DNA from: a virus
IMG/VR virus record: IMGVR_UViG_3300009159_000035
Direction: 5' to 3' (one strand)
DNA length: 64,000 nt
Shown: piece after piece, positions 18,749-28,716 of the stretch
Layout: each line of letters begins with the position of its first letter
Position numbering within the stretch: position 1 is the stretch's first letter
The notes under the pieces: model-generated
Databases searched by the model: none
Told to the model about the DNA's origin: nothing
What the model saw: the letters and a program-made list of their open reading frames with translations, nothing else
Position numbers and translations under genes: made by a program

Positions 18749-19006
18749 ATGAAACATTATTTTAAAATATTAGCACTGGCCCTAATTATGGCAGGCTGTA
18801 GTCAACCAAAGGTTGAAAAGGTTACACTTGAAAAGCACGCAATTGTTGAAGTATTTAAACAGGCTCCAATTAGTGTACATGATTATCTTTCACCGAGATA
18901 TTATGCAATTCTTGAAAATGGAGATACCGTACCAGTAAGATCAAGAACCCAAAAAGGCGATACTATTACATACAAATATATTAAATATGCTAAAGCCTCG
19001 AATTAG
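18749..19006 (+). CDS. Putative lipoprotein
   Basis: Signal peptide with lipobox-like IMAGC. Confidence 0.65.
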   Translation: MKHYFKILALALIMAGCSQPKVEKVTLEKHAIVEVFKQAPISVHDYLSPRYYAILENGDTVPVRSRTQKGDTITYKYIKYAKASN

Positions 19007-19196
19007 TGAAGATGCCATATATAAAGAGGCAATCAAAGAGAGAGCACTACACTATCTTGAGAATTATCAAGGGTTAGATATTGTGAAGTATTTAGAATTT
19101 TATGGAACTGGCCTAATCTTATCAGATATGGTACGTTTATATGGAGTCAAACACGTAGTTAACCATTTGACTATTATGATTAATGAATTAAAATAA
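18987..19196 (+). CDS. Hypothetical protein
   Basis: 69 aa in a tight operon. Confidence 0.55.
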   Translation: MLKPRISEDAIYKEAIKERALHYLENYQGLDIVKYLEFYGTGLILSDMVRLYGVKHVVNHLTIMINELK

Positions 19197-19213
19197 AAAA
19201 CAAATAAAAAACA

Positions 19214-19534
19214 ATGAAAAAACTAATTTTTATATTAGCGATTGTATTATCGAATACAGTAAACGCGCAAACTAAGTTTTCTGACCATGCCCAGCCTACT
19301 TTTAAAAAAGACACTCTATATCTTTTATGTGATGATCCTATGTCAATTCAAACCTATAAAATTTGGTTACAGGATACAACCTGGAAAGGCGTCAACCCAG
19401 TAATAAATTGGGTAGATCCAAAACAAATGAAATTAATTAAAGTTATGTATGCAACTACCCGTAAACGTAGAGATAATTCAAGTTTAGATAATAGCTATAC
19501 ACCAATTAATGTAAATGACTATGGCCGCAACTAG
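19214..19534 (+). CDS. Secreted hypothetical protein
   Basis: MKKLIFILAIVLSNTVNAQ signal peptide (Bacteroidota-style AQ cleavage). Confidence 0.65.
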   Translation: MKKLIFILAIVLSNTVNAQTKFSDHAQPTFKKDTLYLLCDDPMSIQTYKIWLQDTTWKGVNPVINWVDPKQMKLIKVMYATTRKRRDNSSLDNSYTPINVNDYGRN

Positions 19535-19748
19535 TAAACATTACGGAGATGTAGCTCTTTGGATTAAAAAGGTAATTGACTCATGCGAGACTCAGGAACA
19601 AGACCTAGCTGCTAGAAAATTAATAGCACAATTCATGGTAGTCCATCATGATTTAGAATTTGTGGTATTAAACAAATTAACTAGGGACCTTAGTATGAGG
19701 CTTGATGATAGAACAATGGACCGATTGGAAAATATTCAATTTCACTAA
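19515..19748 (+). CDS. Hypothetical protein
   Basis: 77 aa, WIKKVIDSC.T..Q. Confidence 0.65.
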   Translation: MTMAATSKHYGDVALWIKKVIDSCETQEQDLAARKLIAQFMVVHHDLEFVVLNKLTRDLSMRLDDRTMDRLENIQFH

Positions 19749-19751
19749 AGC

Positions 19752-20090
19752 ATGCCAATATTAATTAAATTACACGAGGACGGTGGAGAAGAGGTCAAAG
19801 AACAAGGTGCTCGAGTTGAAGCCATTGCCTGGAATGAGGACCGCACTTATAAAGAAGTGGTTGGTAGTGAGCCGGTTATCGGATGTTCTATGCTAGTTGG
19901 ATCAGTTACAGCACGGTCATACTCAAATCAAGATTATTGGCTGACAACTAAAGTAACTGAAATACTTGAAAAACAGCTAGACTCAGCAGGTCATATTGAC
20001 TTTGTAAAGTTTAGGACTGAAAAGTCAGTATATGTACTGGTTGGAGATCTAGAAGAATGGAAAAAATATAAAAATAATATCTCTAAATAA
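19752..20090 (+). CDS. Hypothetical protein
   Basis: 112 aa, YWLTT.VTEI. Confidence 0.7.
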   Translation: MPILIKLHEDGGEEVKEQGARVEAIAWNEDRTYKEVVGSEPVIGCSMLVGSVTARSYSNQDYWLTTKVTEILEKQLDSAGHIDFVKFRTEKSVYVLVGDLEEWKKYKNNISK

Positions 20091-20091
20091 T

Positions 20092-20343
20092 ATGAACACT
20101 GAAAAACAAGTAGGCGACATTACTCATGGAATTGCAGCAGTTACCAAAGATGAAAAGGATGGCTCAATTTTTGTTTACCACTTTTGCGGCTATTTTGAAG
20201 AACCTAGTTTAGCTGATTTTGAAGCATTAAGAAAAGAATTAGAAACTGATGCTGAGTTTGGATTGGTTGGCATGGACTTTGAGTTAATTGCAGCAACTGA
20301 AGACATGATAAATCACGTGAAGAATGAAAGTAATATTTCTTGA
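20092..20343 (+). CDS. Hypothetical protein
   Basis: 83 aa in operon. Confidence 0.65.
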   Translation: MNTEKQVGDITHGIAAVTKDEKDGSIFVYHFCGYFEEPSLADFEALRKELETDAEFGLVGMDFELIAATEDMINHVKNESNIS

Positions 20344-20911
20344 TCATGATGGCGTTATTTGCTTAGCAACTGAATGGGGCGGCAGACTTAAGAAGCGACA
20401 TAAAGCTGGATATAAGAGAAATAATAATGCTAAAGATATGCCACTTGATTTTCGTTTTGATAATTTTAATCAAAAGGCTATTGATATTCTTAATGATATT
20501 ATCGATCAAACTGGAGCAGAGATTGTTGTAAGTTCAGATTGGACACGTTGGGCAACCGTAGAAGAAATGGGAGAGTATTATGAATCTAAAGGTATTTGTA
20601 AAAAACCTATTGCATTTACTCCAACCTTAAGTAATTGTACTTGGCATAATGAATCAGTATTTGTATGGAGTCCAAAATGGGATCTTGAACAAACTCGAGC
20701 AGTTGAAATTAGGCAATATTTAATAGACCATCCAGAGATTACTAATTGGGTTGCAGTTGACGATCTTAATATGGGAGCTCCGTATACTGACTTAACTTGG
20801 GGAGATACTGATAGAGAATGGGGGCTTAAAAATTTCGTATTGACTCCAAAATCTAAAGAAGGTATTAAACAGTCTGGCATTAAAGAAAAAATCTTAACAT
20901 TTTTATTATGA
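20324..20911 (+). CDS. HAD-superfamily phosphatase (RNA-repair-associated type)
   Basis: IFLDHDGVI, IVVSSDW, R..EI..YL, VAVDDL. Confidence 0.85.
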   Translation: MKVIFLDHDGVICLATEWGGRLKKRHKAGYKRNNNAKDMPLDFRFDNFNQKAIDILNDIIDQTGAEIVVSSDWTRWATVEEMGEYYESKGICKKPIAFTPTLSNCTWHNESVFVWSPKWDLEQTRAVEIRQYLIDHPEITNWVAVDDLNMGAPYTDLTWGDTDREWGLKNFVLTPKSKEGIKQSGIKEKILTFLL

Positions 20912-21087
20912 GCACCGAAACAATTGTTACTAAGCAAGATGCAAAATACAGCAGAAATGCTTATCTTAAAATAGTAGATGATAAAGTTGTATTTGACTGT
21001 TCAGATACTGAGTATGGGCCAATCGAATTTGACTTAGCCTTATTAGAAGAAAAAATTAAACAACACAAATCACAATATGGAAAATAA
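20908..21087 (+). CDS. Small hypothetical protein (59 aa, not in the ORF track)
   Basis: ATGA overlap with the upstream stop; MSTETIVTKQDAKYSRNAY... Confidence 0.65.
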   Translation: MSTETIVTKQDAKYSRNAYLKIVDDKVVFDCSDTEYGPIEFDLALLEEKIKQHKSQYGK

Positions 21088-21316
21088 TGAACTTGGCTTA
21101 ATTGAACAAATTGCAAAAGAAGGTGCAATTCAAACAGTTCAAGCATTAGCATCAGCTCAACAAATGGGCATGGTTACTTCGCAAGAAGACTTAACTCGAC
21201 TACTTCAATCTGGCATGGAAGTTGTAATTGAAGAGTATATTCAAAGAATCGAAAATCAATCTAAAATTATTCTAAATGAAGCTGGAAGTATTCGAAAAGA
21301 TAGTAACTCAAATTAA
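21077..21316 (+). CDS. Hypothetical protein
   Basis: 79 aa in operon. Confidence 0.65.
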   Translation: MENNELGLIEQIAKEGAIQTVQALASAQQMGMVTSQEDLTRLLQSGMEVVIEEYIQRIENQSKIILNEAGSIRKDSNSN

Positions 21317-21647
21317 GGACCAACAAGAAAAAAGTAGAACTCTTTATCGATTAGGAGTTGACTTGATGGACTATGAGGAGTCTTATAGTGCTACTATTAC
21401 TTTATTACTTAGAGCGTATTATGGAAAGGAGGCAGAGGATTGGATTTCTTGGTTTATTTATGAGAGGGATGATTTATCTGAAGAGCCAAATCAAGCTTGG
21501 GATAAAGACGGTACTCCAATTTGTTATGATATTCCAAGTCTTTGGAAATGTGTTGAGGAAATGAGATGCTCAACTGATTTTGTTGAATACGGTCTTGAAA
21601 AAACTAATCTTGACCTATTTGAATCTATTTTTGGCAGGCCTCATTAA
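21276..21647 (+). CDS. Hypothetical phage protein
   Basis: DWISWFIYE motif. Confidence 0.7.
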   Translation: MKLEVFEKIVTQIKDQQEKSRTLYRLGVDLMDYEESYSATITLLLRAYYGKEAEDWISWFIYERDDLSEEPNQAWDKDGTPICYDIPSLWKCVEEMRCSTDFVEYGLEKTNLDLFESIFGRPH

Positions 21648-21666
21648 TATTTAGTATAATAGTCAT

Positions 21667-22125
21667 ATGATACAATTAAATCAAAATAAACAGGTTGATA
21701 CGGTTAGTCGAATGCATAGATTTAAACGGCTATCTCAATTATTGGCACTTCGCATAACTAAAGCACTTGATCCAACTACGATTAAATCAGCTAACTTTGA
21801 TAATAGCGAACGTGAAGCTTCTAGTGTTTTTAAAAAAATGATTAAATTATCAACTAGTGAATTATTAATTAGTCCATTACTTAATAAACAATATGTTAAA
21901 AATGAAGATAATCGTATTTTAATAATAATGGATCAAACTGAACTTACGGTTATTAATCACGTATTTGGTTATAATATTAACCTTTCACCAAAAACTTACA
22001 AAACTTTGTATAATGCTTTTATTAGAGAAGTTGAAATCAGGCGAAATGAAATGGAAGCTAGTTTTAGAAATAATATCAAACATTCATTAAAAACCTTAAT
22101 TACTAAAATCGATGAACAAGTTTAA
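21667..22125 (+). CDS. Hypothetical protein
   Basis: 152 aa ORF. Confidence 0.7.
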   Translation: MIQLNQNKQVDTVSRMHRFKRLSQLLALRITKALDPTTIKSANFDNSEREASSVFKKMIKLSTSELLISPLLNKQYVKNEDNRILIIMDQTELTVINHVFGYNINLSPKTYKTLYNAFIREVEIRRNEMEASFRNNIKHSLKTLITKIDEQV

Positions 22126-22393
22126 TAAGTTATTCATAATTGGTGCAAGTATTATTATAATAGTAACGGCACTAGTACTTACAGGTACAGTATTTGCAAT
22201 ATTTAAACCTCAATCTAATAAAGTTATATTAGGAGTAGACCAGATCCAGCATGATACACTTAGAATTCAAACTAAGATTATTATTCATGATACGCTAAGG
22301 ATCCCAGTTTCATGTAAAAAACAGCATTGTGAAGTACCTGTAACTAACCCAAGTTCAAGTACTCCAGATACAATTAAAAAACAAATAGATTAA
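22112..22393 (+). CDS. Membrane-anchored hypothetical protein
   Basis: N-terminal TM helix, two HDTLRI repeats. Confidence 0.65.
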   Translation: MNKFNKLFIIGASIIIIVTALVLTGTVFAIFKPQSNKVILGVDQIQHDTLRIQTKIIIHDTLRIPVSCKKQHCEVPVTNPSSSTPDTIKKQID

Positions 22394-22395
22394 TT

Positions 22396-23028
22396 ATGGA
22401 AGTAGGATTTGCAGATACATTCTTTGATAGTTTCAAAAGAATGATTAATAGAGAACGTTGGTATTGGAAAACCTGGGATTTTCTTAGATATGATTTACCT
22501 AGAGGTTTAAAAAATATGCGGATGTTTCATAAAGCTATCTGGAATTATACATGGTGGAGTGGTCAACATGCAGTATTACCATTACTACAAGTTGCGCTTG
22601 ATAATATAGCAATCCGAATTGAAAGAGACGGAATTGAAGAAGAAACCAGCTCAGGTAAAAAGGTTAAAGCTATGAAACGTGCATCAGAACTTATGCAACA
22701 CTTTATTGCTGATGATTTTATCCAAATGGCTGAGGCTGAATTAGGCGAAATCATACATCATCCTTGGGAATTTGAAGAAGTTCCAGATAAACCTGGATAT
22801 TCTCAATTAGTAGATCACAATACGGCAGAAGAAAGTGAGCACAATAGTAAAGTATTTGCAAGATCCCGTGAAATTGAAGAACAGGAATGGGCCGAATTAT
22901 GGCACTTAATAAAAGGTCAAGATTATTCAAAATTTGAAAGGACTTTAGAAGATAGTGATCATCAAACGGTATCTGATACTTGGCAAAAACAATTTGACGG
23001 CAGCGGATTACGAGGCTGGTGGGACTAA
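22396..23028 (+). CDS. Hypothetical phage protein
   Basis: 210 aa ending GLRGWWD. Confidence 0.75.
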   Translation: MEVGFADTFFDSFKRMINRERWYWKTWDFLRYDLPRGLKNMRMFHKAIWNYTWWSGQHAVLPLLQVALDNIAIRIERDGIEEETSSGKKVKAMKRASELMQHFIADDFIQMAEAELGEIIHHPWEFEEVPDKPGYSQLVDHNTAEESEHNSKVFARSREIEEQEWAELWHLIKGQDYSKFERTLEDSDHQTVSDTWQKQFDGSGLRGWWD

Positions 23029-23051
23029 TAAAATAACTACAATACATATAC

Positions 23052-25031
23052 ATGGCAAAACAGAATAGCAAAACCGGCAAAACACCAATGCTTGATTCAT
23101 TTGGTAAAGATCTTACTCAACTTGCCTTAGAGGGTAAATTAGATCCAGTAGTTGGCAGAGAGAAAGAAATACGTAGATGCAGTCAAATATTGGCTAGGCG
23201 AAAGAAAAATAATCCTCTCTTAATTGGAGAACCTGGAGTAGGTAAAACTGCAATTGTTGAAGGTCTTGCTACCATGATTATTGATAAAACCTGTCCAAGA
23301 GTTCTATTTGATAAAAAAATAGTAACACTTGAATTAGCAAATTTGGTAGCAGGTACCAAATATAGAGGTCAGTTTGAAGAGCGCATGGAACAAATAATAG
23401 AAGAGGTTCAGGTAAATCCAAACGTTATTCTATTTATTGATGAAATTCATACCTTAATTGGAGCAGGTTCAGCAAGTGGATCACTAGATGCAGCAAATAT
23501 CCTAAAGCCAGCTTTGAGTCGTGGAGAAATTCAGTGTATTGGTGCAACAACAATAGATGAGTTTAGAGGATCAATTGAAAAAGATGGTGCTCTTAGCCGC
23601 CGATTTCAACAGGTTATAGTAAATCCATCTACACTAGAACAGTCACGTCAGATCATTGAAAATATCCGATCTAAATACGAAGATCATCATTCAGTTAAGT
23701 ATACTGATGAGGCCTTAGATGCATGTGTTGCATATAGTGACCGATATTTACAGGACAGATTTTTACCAGATAAAGCAATTGACTTAATGGACGAAGCTGG
23801 GGCAGCAGTCCATATCAATGGAGTAGTTGTGCCAGACGCAATTAAGAAATTAGAAGAGAAATTTGTTGAGGTAAGTGCTAAAAAACAAAAAGCAGTTGAG
23901 GCACAACAATACGAAGCGGCAGCAAAACTTAGAGATGATGCTCTTAAAGTAATGAAAGATATTGATGATGAAAAGATTCAATGGGAAGAGTCATTAAAAA
24001 TTAATAGGTTAACTGTATCAGAAGAAGATATTGCAAATGTTGTTGCAATTATGACAGGCATACCAGTTACCCGACTAAAGGGCTCTGAACTTGAAAGATT
24101 AGCAACAATGGCTAAATGGTTAAAGGAAAGAGTTATTGGGCAGTCTGAAGCAGTTTCTAAATTAACTAAAGCAATTCAGCGCTCAAGAGCAGGTCTTAAA
24201 GCTAAAAATCGCCCAATTGGTACATTCATGTTTCTAGGTCCAACTGGAGTTGGTAAAACTGAATTAGCTAAACAGTTAGCAAAATTTCTGTTTGATACAG
24301 AAGACTCCCTAATCAGAATTGATATGACTGAATTTGGAGAAAAATTTACAGCATCAAAATTAATAGGAGCTCCTCCAGGCTATGTTGGATATGAAGAAGG
24401 CGGGCAGTTAACCGAAAAAGTAAAACGTAAACCTTATTCAGTTATCCTACTAGATGAAGTTGAGAAAGCCCATCCAGATATTTTCCATACCTTATTACAA
24501 GTGTTAGACGAAGGCCATATGACTGATGGTCTTGGCCGAAAAATAGATTTTAAGAATACTGTAATTATTATGACTTCAAATTTGGGAGTTAAGGAATTAC
24601 AAGATTTCGGTGGAGGTATTGGATTCTCATCGTCAACTCCATTTGAACAACAAAAAGAATTGGCGTCAGGTATTTTAAGAAAAGCGGTTAGTAAACAGTT
24701 TGCACCAGAATTTATTAATCGACTAGATGATATTATTATATTTGAGTCCCTAAAGAAAGAGGATGTTGCTCAAATAATCGAAGTTGAATTGTTAGATCTT
24801 TATTCAAGAGTAAAAGAAAATGGTTATACTGTTGAATTAACAAAGTCCGCAAAAGAATTCTTAATTGAAGCAGGTTATGATCATAAATTTGGAGCTCGTC
24901 CATTAAAAAGAGCTATTCAAACTCATGTTGAAGATCTTATAGCTGAAGCATATATTGACGGTAAAATTAAAGATGGAGATCACTTAGTGATTAACCATAA
25001 GGCTAAAGATACAAAGTTAACTATTAAATAA
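23052..25031 (+). CDS. clpC: ClpC-like Hsp100 ATPase lacking the N-terminal Clp domain
   Basis: Two AAA modules (GEPGVGKT, GPTGVGKT), GTKYRG, GAPPGYVGY, UVR-like AVEAQQYEAAAKLRD, IGF loop. Confidence 0.9.
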   Translation: MAKQNSKTGKTPMLDSFGKDLTQLALEGKLDPVVGREKEIRRCSQILARRKKNNPLLIGEPGVGKTAIVEGLATMIIDKTCPRVLFDKKIVTLELANLVAGTKYRGQFEERMEQIIEEVQVNPNVILFIDEIHTLIGAGSASGSLDAANILKPALSRGEIQCIGATTIDEFRGSIEKDGALSRRFQQVIVNPSTLEQSRQIIENIRSKYEDHHSVKYTDEALDACVAYSDRYLQDRFLPDKAIDLMDEAGAAVHINGVVVPDAIKKLEEKFVEVSAKKQKAVEAQQYEAAAKLRDDALKVMKDIDDEKIQWEESLKINRLTVSEEDIANVVAIMTGIPVTRLKGSELERLATMAKWLKERVIGQSEAVSKLTKAIQRSRAGLKAKNRPIGTFMFLGPTGVGKTELAKQLAKFLFDTEDSLIRIDMTEFGEKFTASKLIGAPPGYVGYEEGGQLTEKVKRKPYSVILLDEVEKAHPDIFHTLLQVLDEGHMTDGLGRKIDFKNTVIIMTSNLGVKELQDFGGGIGFSSSTPFEQQKELASGILRKAVSKQFAPEFINRLDDIIIFESLKKEDVAQIIEVELLDLYSRVKENGYTVELTKSAKEFLIEAGYDHKFGARPLKRAIQTHVEDLIAEAYIDGKIKDGDHLVINHKAKDTKLTIK

Positions 25032-25867
25032 TGAAGATACTTGTAACTGGCGATCAGGGATTTATCGCAAAAAATCTAATAGGTAAATTAGATAAAAACT
25101 TGACGGTTTATGGAATAGACGTTAATGATTTTATGGTGGTTGACGATTGGCAAAGCCAATTAATTGATATTGTTGCAAGCTTATCGCCTGACGTAATATT
25201 TCATGTTGGAGCATGTTCTGATACGCTAGAACAGAATGTAAATTACATGATGAATCTTAATTATGAAGCCACTAAAATATTATCTGAATATTGTTATATG
25301 GCAAATTGTAAAATGATCTATTCATCATCTGCTGCAAACTATGGGGTTAATGGAAAGAACCCATCTAACCTATATGGCTGGAGCAAATATGCAGCTGAAG
25401 ATATAGTAAAAGCAAAGGGCGGAATTGCACTTAGATATTTTAATGTGTATGGACCTGGTGAAGAACATAAAGGCAAAATGGCATCAGTTGCATATCAATC
25501 ATGGTTAAAAAGTCAAGCTGAAGAAAGGGTAATATTGTTTCCAAAGAAACCAACTAGAGATTTTGTTTATGTTGATGATATTGTTTCTGCAAACTTACAT
25601 GCACTTGAGAATTACGAGCAATTTGCAGGCAATCATTTTGATGTAGGCAGCGGAGAGTCAAGATCTTTTGAAGAAGTTATGCAATTGATGCAAATACCAT
25701 TTGAATACACTGAGGACTTAATAATTCCTAGCGGATATCAATTTTTTACAATAAGTAACAAAAATGAATGGTTACCTGGCTGGACACCTTTATGGACAAT
25801 TGATACTGGAGTTCCAGCATATTTAGAATACTTAAAAAAATCAAAAGAAAATGGGTCATCAAATTAA
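25031..25867 (+). CDS. rfaD: ADP-L-glycero-D-manno-heptose 6-epimerase-like SDR
   Basis: TGDQGFI, FHVGACSDT, YSSSAA, YGWSK, RYFNVYGPGE.HKG.MAS, RDFVYV. Confidence 0.82.
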   Translation: MKILVTGDQGFIAKNLIGKLDKNLTVYGIDVNDFMVVDDWQSQLIDIVASLSPDVIFHVGACSDTLEQNVNYMMNLNYEATKILSEYCYMANCKMIYSSSAANYGVNGKNPSNLYGWSKYAAEDIVKAKGGIALRYFNVYGPGEEHKGKMASVAYQSWLKSQAEERVILFPKKPTRDFVYVDDIVSANLHALENYEQFAGNHFDVGSGESRSFEEVMQLMQIPFEYTEDLIIPSGYQFFTISNKNEWLPGWTPLWTIDTGVPAYLEYLKKSKENGSSN

Positions 25868-26231
25868 ACCAACCGTTTGTAAAGGTTGTGAAGTTCCAAA
25901 AGGTTGGGGCAAAGAAATTATAATTGAAAATAACGATAAGTACTGTGGCAAGATTCTACAATTTAACGAGGGTTGTAAATTCTCAATGCACTATCATTTG
26001 CTTAAGGATGAAACTTGGTATGTTAACTCTGGCATATTCATATACAGATGGATTGATACTGAAACGGCAGAAGTTCATGAGCAGCAACTTACGGCAGGTG
26101 ATGTTGTTCGGCAGTTACCCGGACAACCTCATCAACTTGAAGCAGTGTTTGAAGGAGAAATATTTGAAGTTTCAACCACTCATATGGATGAAGATTCGTA
26201 TCGAGTGTGGAAAGGTAATAGCCAAAAATAA
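25851..26231 (+). CDS. Cupin-domain protein (sugar isomerase-like)
   Basis: KGWG.E, SMHYH..KDETWYV, PGQPH, EVST. Confidence 0.8.
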   Translation: MGHQIKPTVCKGCEVPKGWGKEIIIENNDKYCGKILQFNEGCKFSMHYHLLKDETWYVNSGIFIYRWIDTETAEVHEQQLTAGDVVRQLPGQPHQLEAVFEGEIFEVSTTHMDEDSYRVWKGNSQK

Positions 26232-26240
26232 TTTAATAGC

Positions 26241-27023
26241 ATGAAAAAAATTCTTGTAATAGGCGAAGCCTGTATTGATATATTTGAATACGGCAAATGT
26301 ACTCGACTTAATCCAGAAGCACCAACTCCAATCTTTCAGTCAAACCATATTGAAACAAATGGTGGAATGGCAAGTAATGTATATGAAAATATCAGAAGCA
26401 TTTCTGGAAATTGGGAAATTGATGTTGATTTTATAGGTCAAGCAAATGGAAAAATTACCAAACACCGATTTGTTGATATTAATTCAAACTATATTCTATT
26501 ACGGGTAGATAATGATGGTCCAGTTGAACCACTTACAATTGGTTCACTTGATTCGGAAATTCTATATCAAATTACATCAGCCGATATTGTGGTAGTTTCT
26601 GACTATAATAAAGGCTTCCTAACTGAAGCCATTTTGGAAAGGATTGCACTACATTCCAAATTAAGTTTCATTGATACTAAAAAACCTCTTGGCTGGTGGG
26701 CTCATGATTTTAACTTTATTAAAATTAATAAAAAAGAATTTGAAAACCCAGCACATGACAAAGACTTTATTGACAGTAGTCTAGATAAGCTAATTATCAC
26801 GCTTGGAGCAGAAGGCGCCAAATGGAACGGAACTCAAATATATCCACTTAACCCAACTGAAGTAAAGGATGTATCTGGTGCTGGTGATAGCTTTATTGCT
26901 GGTCTAGTGGTTGAATACCTAAAAAGTAATGATATTATTCAAGCTATTCAATTTGCTAATGTCTGTGCAGGTATAGCAGTTTCACAAAAGGGCGTAGTTT
27001 CAGTAGAGTGTCCAGATAAATAA
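26241..27023 (+). CDS. PfkB-family kinase, HldE/RfaE heptose-7-phosphate kinase-like
   Basis: RLNPEAPTP, GGMA.NV, SDYNKG, DVSGAGDSF. Confidence 0.85.
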   Translation: MKKILVIGEACIDIFEYGKCTRLNPEAPTPIFQSNHIETNGGMASNVYENIRSISGNWEIDVDFIGQANGKITKHRFVDINSNYILLRVDNDGPVEPLTIGSLDSEILYQITSADIVVVSDYNKGFLTEAILERIALHSKLSFIDTKKPLGWWAHDFNFIKINKKEFENPAHDKDFIDSSLDKLIITLGAEGAKWNGTQIYPLNPTEVKDVSGAGDSFIAGLVVEYLKSNDIIQAIQFANVCAGIAVSQKGVVSVECPDK

Positions 27024-27042
27024 TTAAAAATATCCATATACA

Positions 27043-27924
27043 ATGGGAAAATTTGGTAAAAATAAACTACCTAAGTTCATGAATACAGCTGACAATAGAA
27101 TGGGTTCAAACCCTCACATCCAAGAGGACAACCAGGATGATGAAATGCAACCAGTAATAGTATCTATGGCTGGCCACGGAGATGACCATGCAATGATTGT
27201 AATTAAAACTAAAAGCGGCGAAGAATTAGAGCTTAGATTTGACTATGACGGTAATGGTATGCTAACGGCAACTCACAATGATCATGAGTATTCTATTCCA
27301 GTAGAAATTGAAGTAGTATCTGACGAAGATCACGAAGAGGAAGAGGTGCACATGAGCCCAAGCGGTAGAATGACAAATATGAGTCCAGCGGACGATGATT
27401 ACGAAATTAATTACGGAAGAGCTGAAGAAGTTGATGAAGCCGCTAAAAAACTTAGTGCTAAACAGAAAAAGTTTCTAGATAAAGACGGAAATGGCGAATT
27501 AAACAAAAAAGATTTTCTATTACTAAATAAAAATAAGAAAAAGGATACTGAAGGTAAAGTTGCTGAAACTTTTGAAAGTTTTGTAAATGAATGCTGGACT
27601 CCTATTGAAGAAAGTTACAATCTAGCAATGTCAGAAGAGGCAAAGCGCGCAATTAAAGCATTATGTGAAGAAATGTTAATTCAAGAAGCTCAAAGATGTG
27701 ATGAAGATGCTGACCCAATGCATACTTACGAAAATTACTTAAACGAATGCGGTTCATATATGACAGAGTGTATGATGGAATCAGCAGCTAGTCTACCTAT
27801 AACCGAATCTACTTCATATAGTTGTGATACTTGTGGAGAACGTGCAGAACATGAAGAAATTGACGAGAATCCTAATATGAAATGCTCTAATTGTGGACAT
27901 CGTAATTGGAGTCCAGAACAATAA
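27043..27924 (+). CDS. Acidic late protein with EF-hand-like loop and C-terminal Zn ribbon
   Basis: LDKDGNGELNKKDF; internal TFESFVNE; CDTC...CSNC; late motif at 27015. Confidence 0.7.
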   Translation: MGKFGKNKLPKFMNTADNRMGSNPHIQEDNQDDEMQPVIVSMAGHGDDHAMIVIKTKSGEELELRFDYDGNGMLTATHNDHEYSIPVEIEVVSDEDHEEEEVHMSPSGRMTNMSPADDDYEINYGRAEEVDEAAKKLSAKQKKFLDKDGNGELNKKDFLLLNKNKKKDTEGKVAETFESFVNECWTPIEESYNLAMSEEAKRAIKALCEEMLIQEAQRCDEDADPMHTYENYLNECGSYMTECMMESAASLPITESTSYSCDTCGERAEHEEIDENPNMKCSNCGHRNWSPEQ

Positions 27925-27944
27925 TCTTAATTAGTTAAATTAAT

Positions 27945-27973
27945 AAAAAAGCTCGAGTAATCGGGCTTTTTTT
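27945..27973 (+). terminator. Rho-independent terminator
   Basis: AAAAAAGCTCGA-GTAA-TCGGGCTTTTTTT. Confidence 0.85.
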
Positions 27974-28003
27974 ATTTAGTCTGAACCTAGAATAAATAAC
28001 CAT

Positions 28004-28426
28004 ATGAAATATTTAAAGATATATGAACATTTTATAGAAGAAACAACACTGCCGGGTGATGATATTCCTTCTGATGACTATGCAAAATCTGGAGCAGAAA
28101 CCTATTGGCAGCTAGAAGATGGAACAATCGTACAGATTAATCAAATTATGAAGTTTTTAGATGATGAAAACATTCCAGTCGTTGAAATACCAACTGCAAA
28201 ATTAAAACATCTATTAATAGACGTAGAAAGAAATCCATCCAGAGTTGAGGCCGCTAACCTTGATTTTCCAATTATAGTATCTACGTATAAAAATGAATAT
28301 TATAGTATTTTAGATGGTCAACATAGATTAGTAAAATCTGTAAAAAACAAGATTAAAAAAATTAAATGTCGAGTTTTAGATTTAGAAAATTGCCCTGAAG
28401 AATTCAAAAAAGTATTTATTAGATAA
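28004..28426 (+). CDS. ParB/Srx-like N-terminal domain protein with CTS-like leader
   Basis: MKYLKIYEHFIEE; PIIV...ILDGQHRL. Confidence 0.72.
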   Translation: MKYLKIYEHFIEETTLPGDDIPSDDYAKSGAETYWQLEDGTIVQINQIMKFLDDENIPVVEIPTAKLKHLLIDVERNPSRVEAANLDFPIIVSTYKNEYYSILDGQHRLVKSVKNKIKKIKCRVLDLENCPEEFKKVFIR

Positions 28427-28434
28427 ATAACCAT

Positions 28435-28701
28435 ATGGATAGTTCAAAAATGTCATCTGGTGAAGTTACTGTTCCTGCAAGTTCGTTTAATCAACAAACT
28501 GACCGGAATATTCAACCGAGCCTAACTGGAATGAGCATTGGTGGAATACCAACTCACTGGTTATCAAGTCAACCTATTTCCAGACGTGATATGACAGCTA
28601 ATACAACGCCACTTGGCTCAAATCCAAGAAGTTATAAGGTTATTAGATTTGAAGAATTCCATTCTGGTAAATACCAAGGTGATCCAGAAATTGATAAATA
28701 A
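28435..28701 (+). CDS. Hypothetical late protein
   Basis: Late motif at 28422; C-terminal VIRFEEF. Confidence 0.65.
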   Translation: MDSSKMSSGEVTVPASSFNQQTDRNIQPSLTGMSIGGIPTHWLSSQPISRRDMTANTTPLGSNPRSYKVIRFEEFHSGKYQGDPEIDK

Positions 28702-28716
28702 TAAAAAACAATTACT

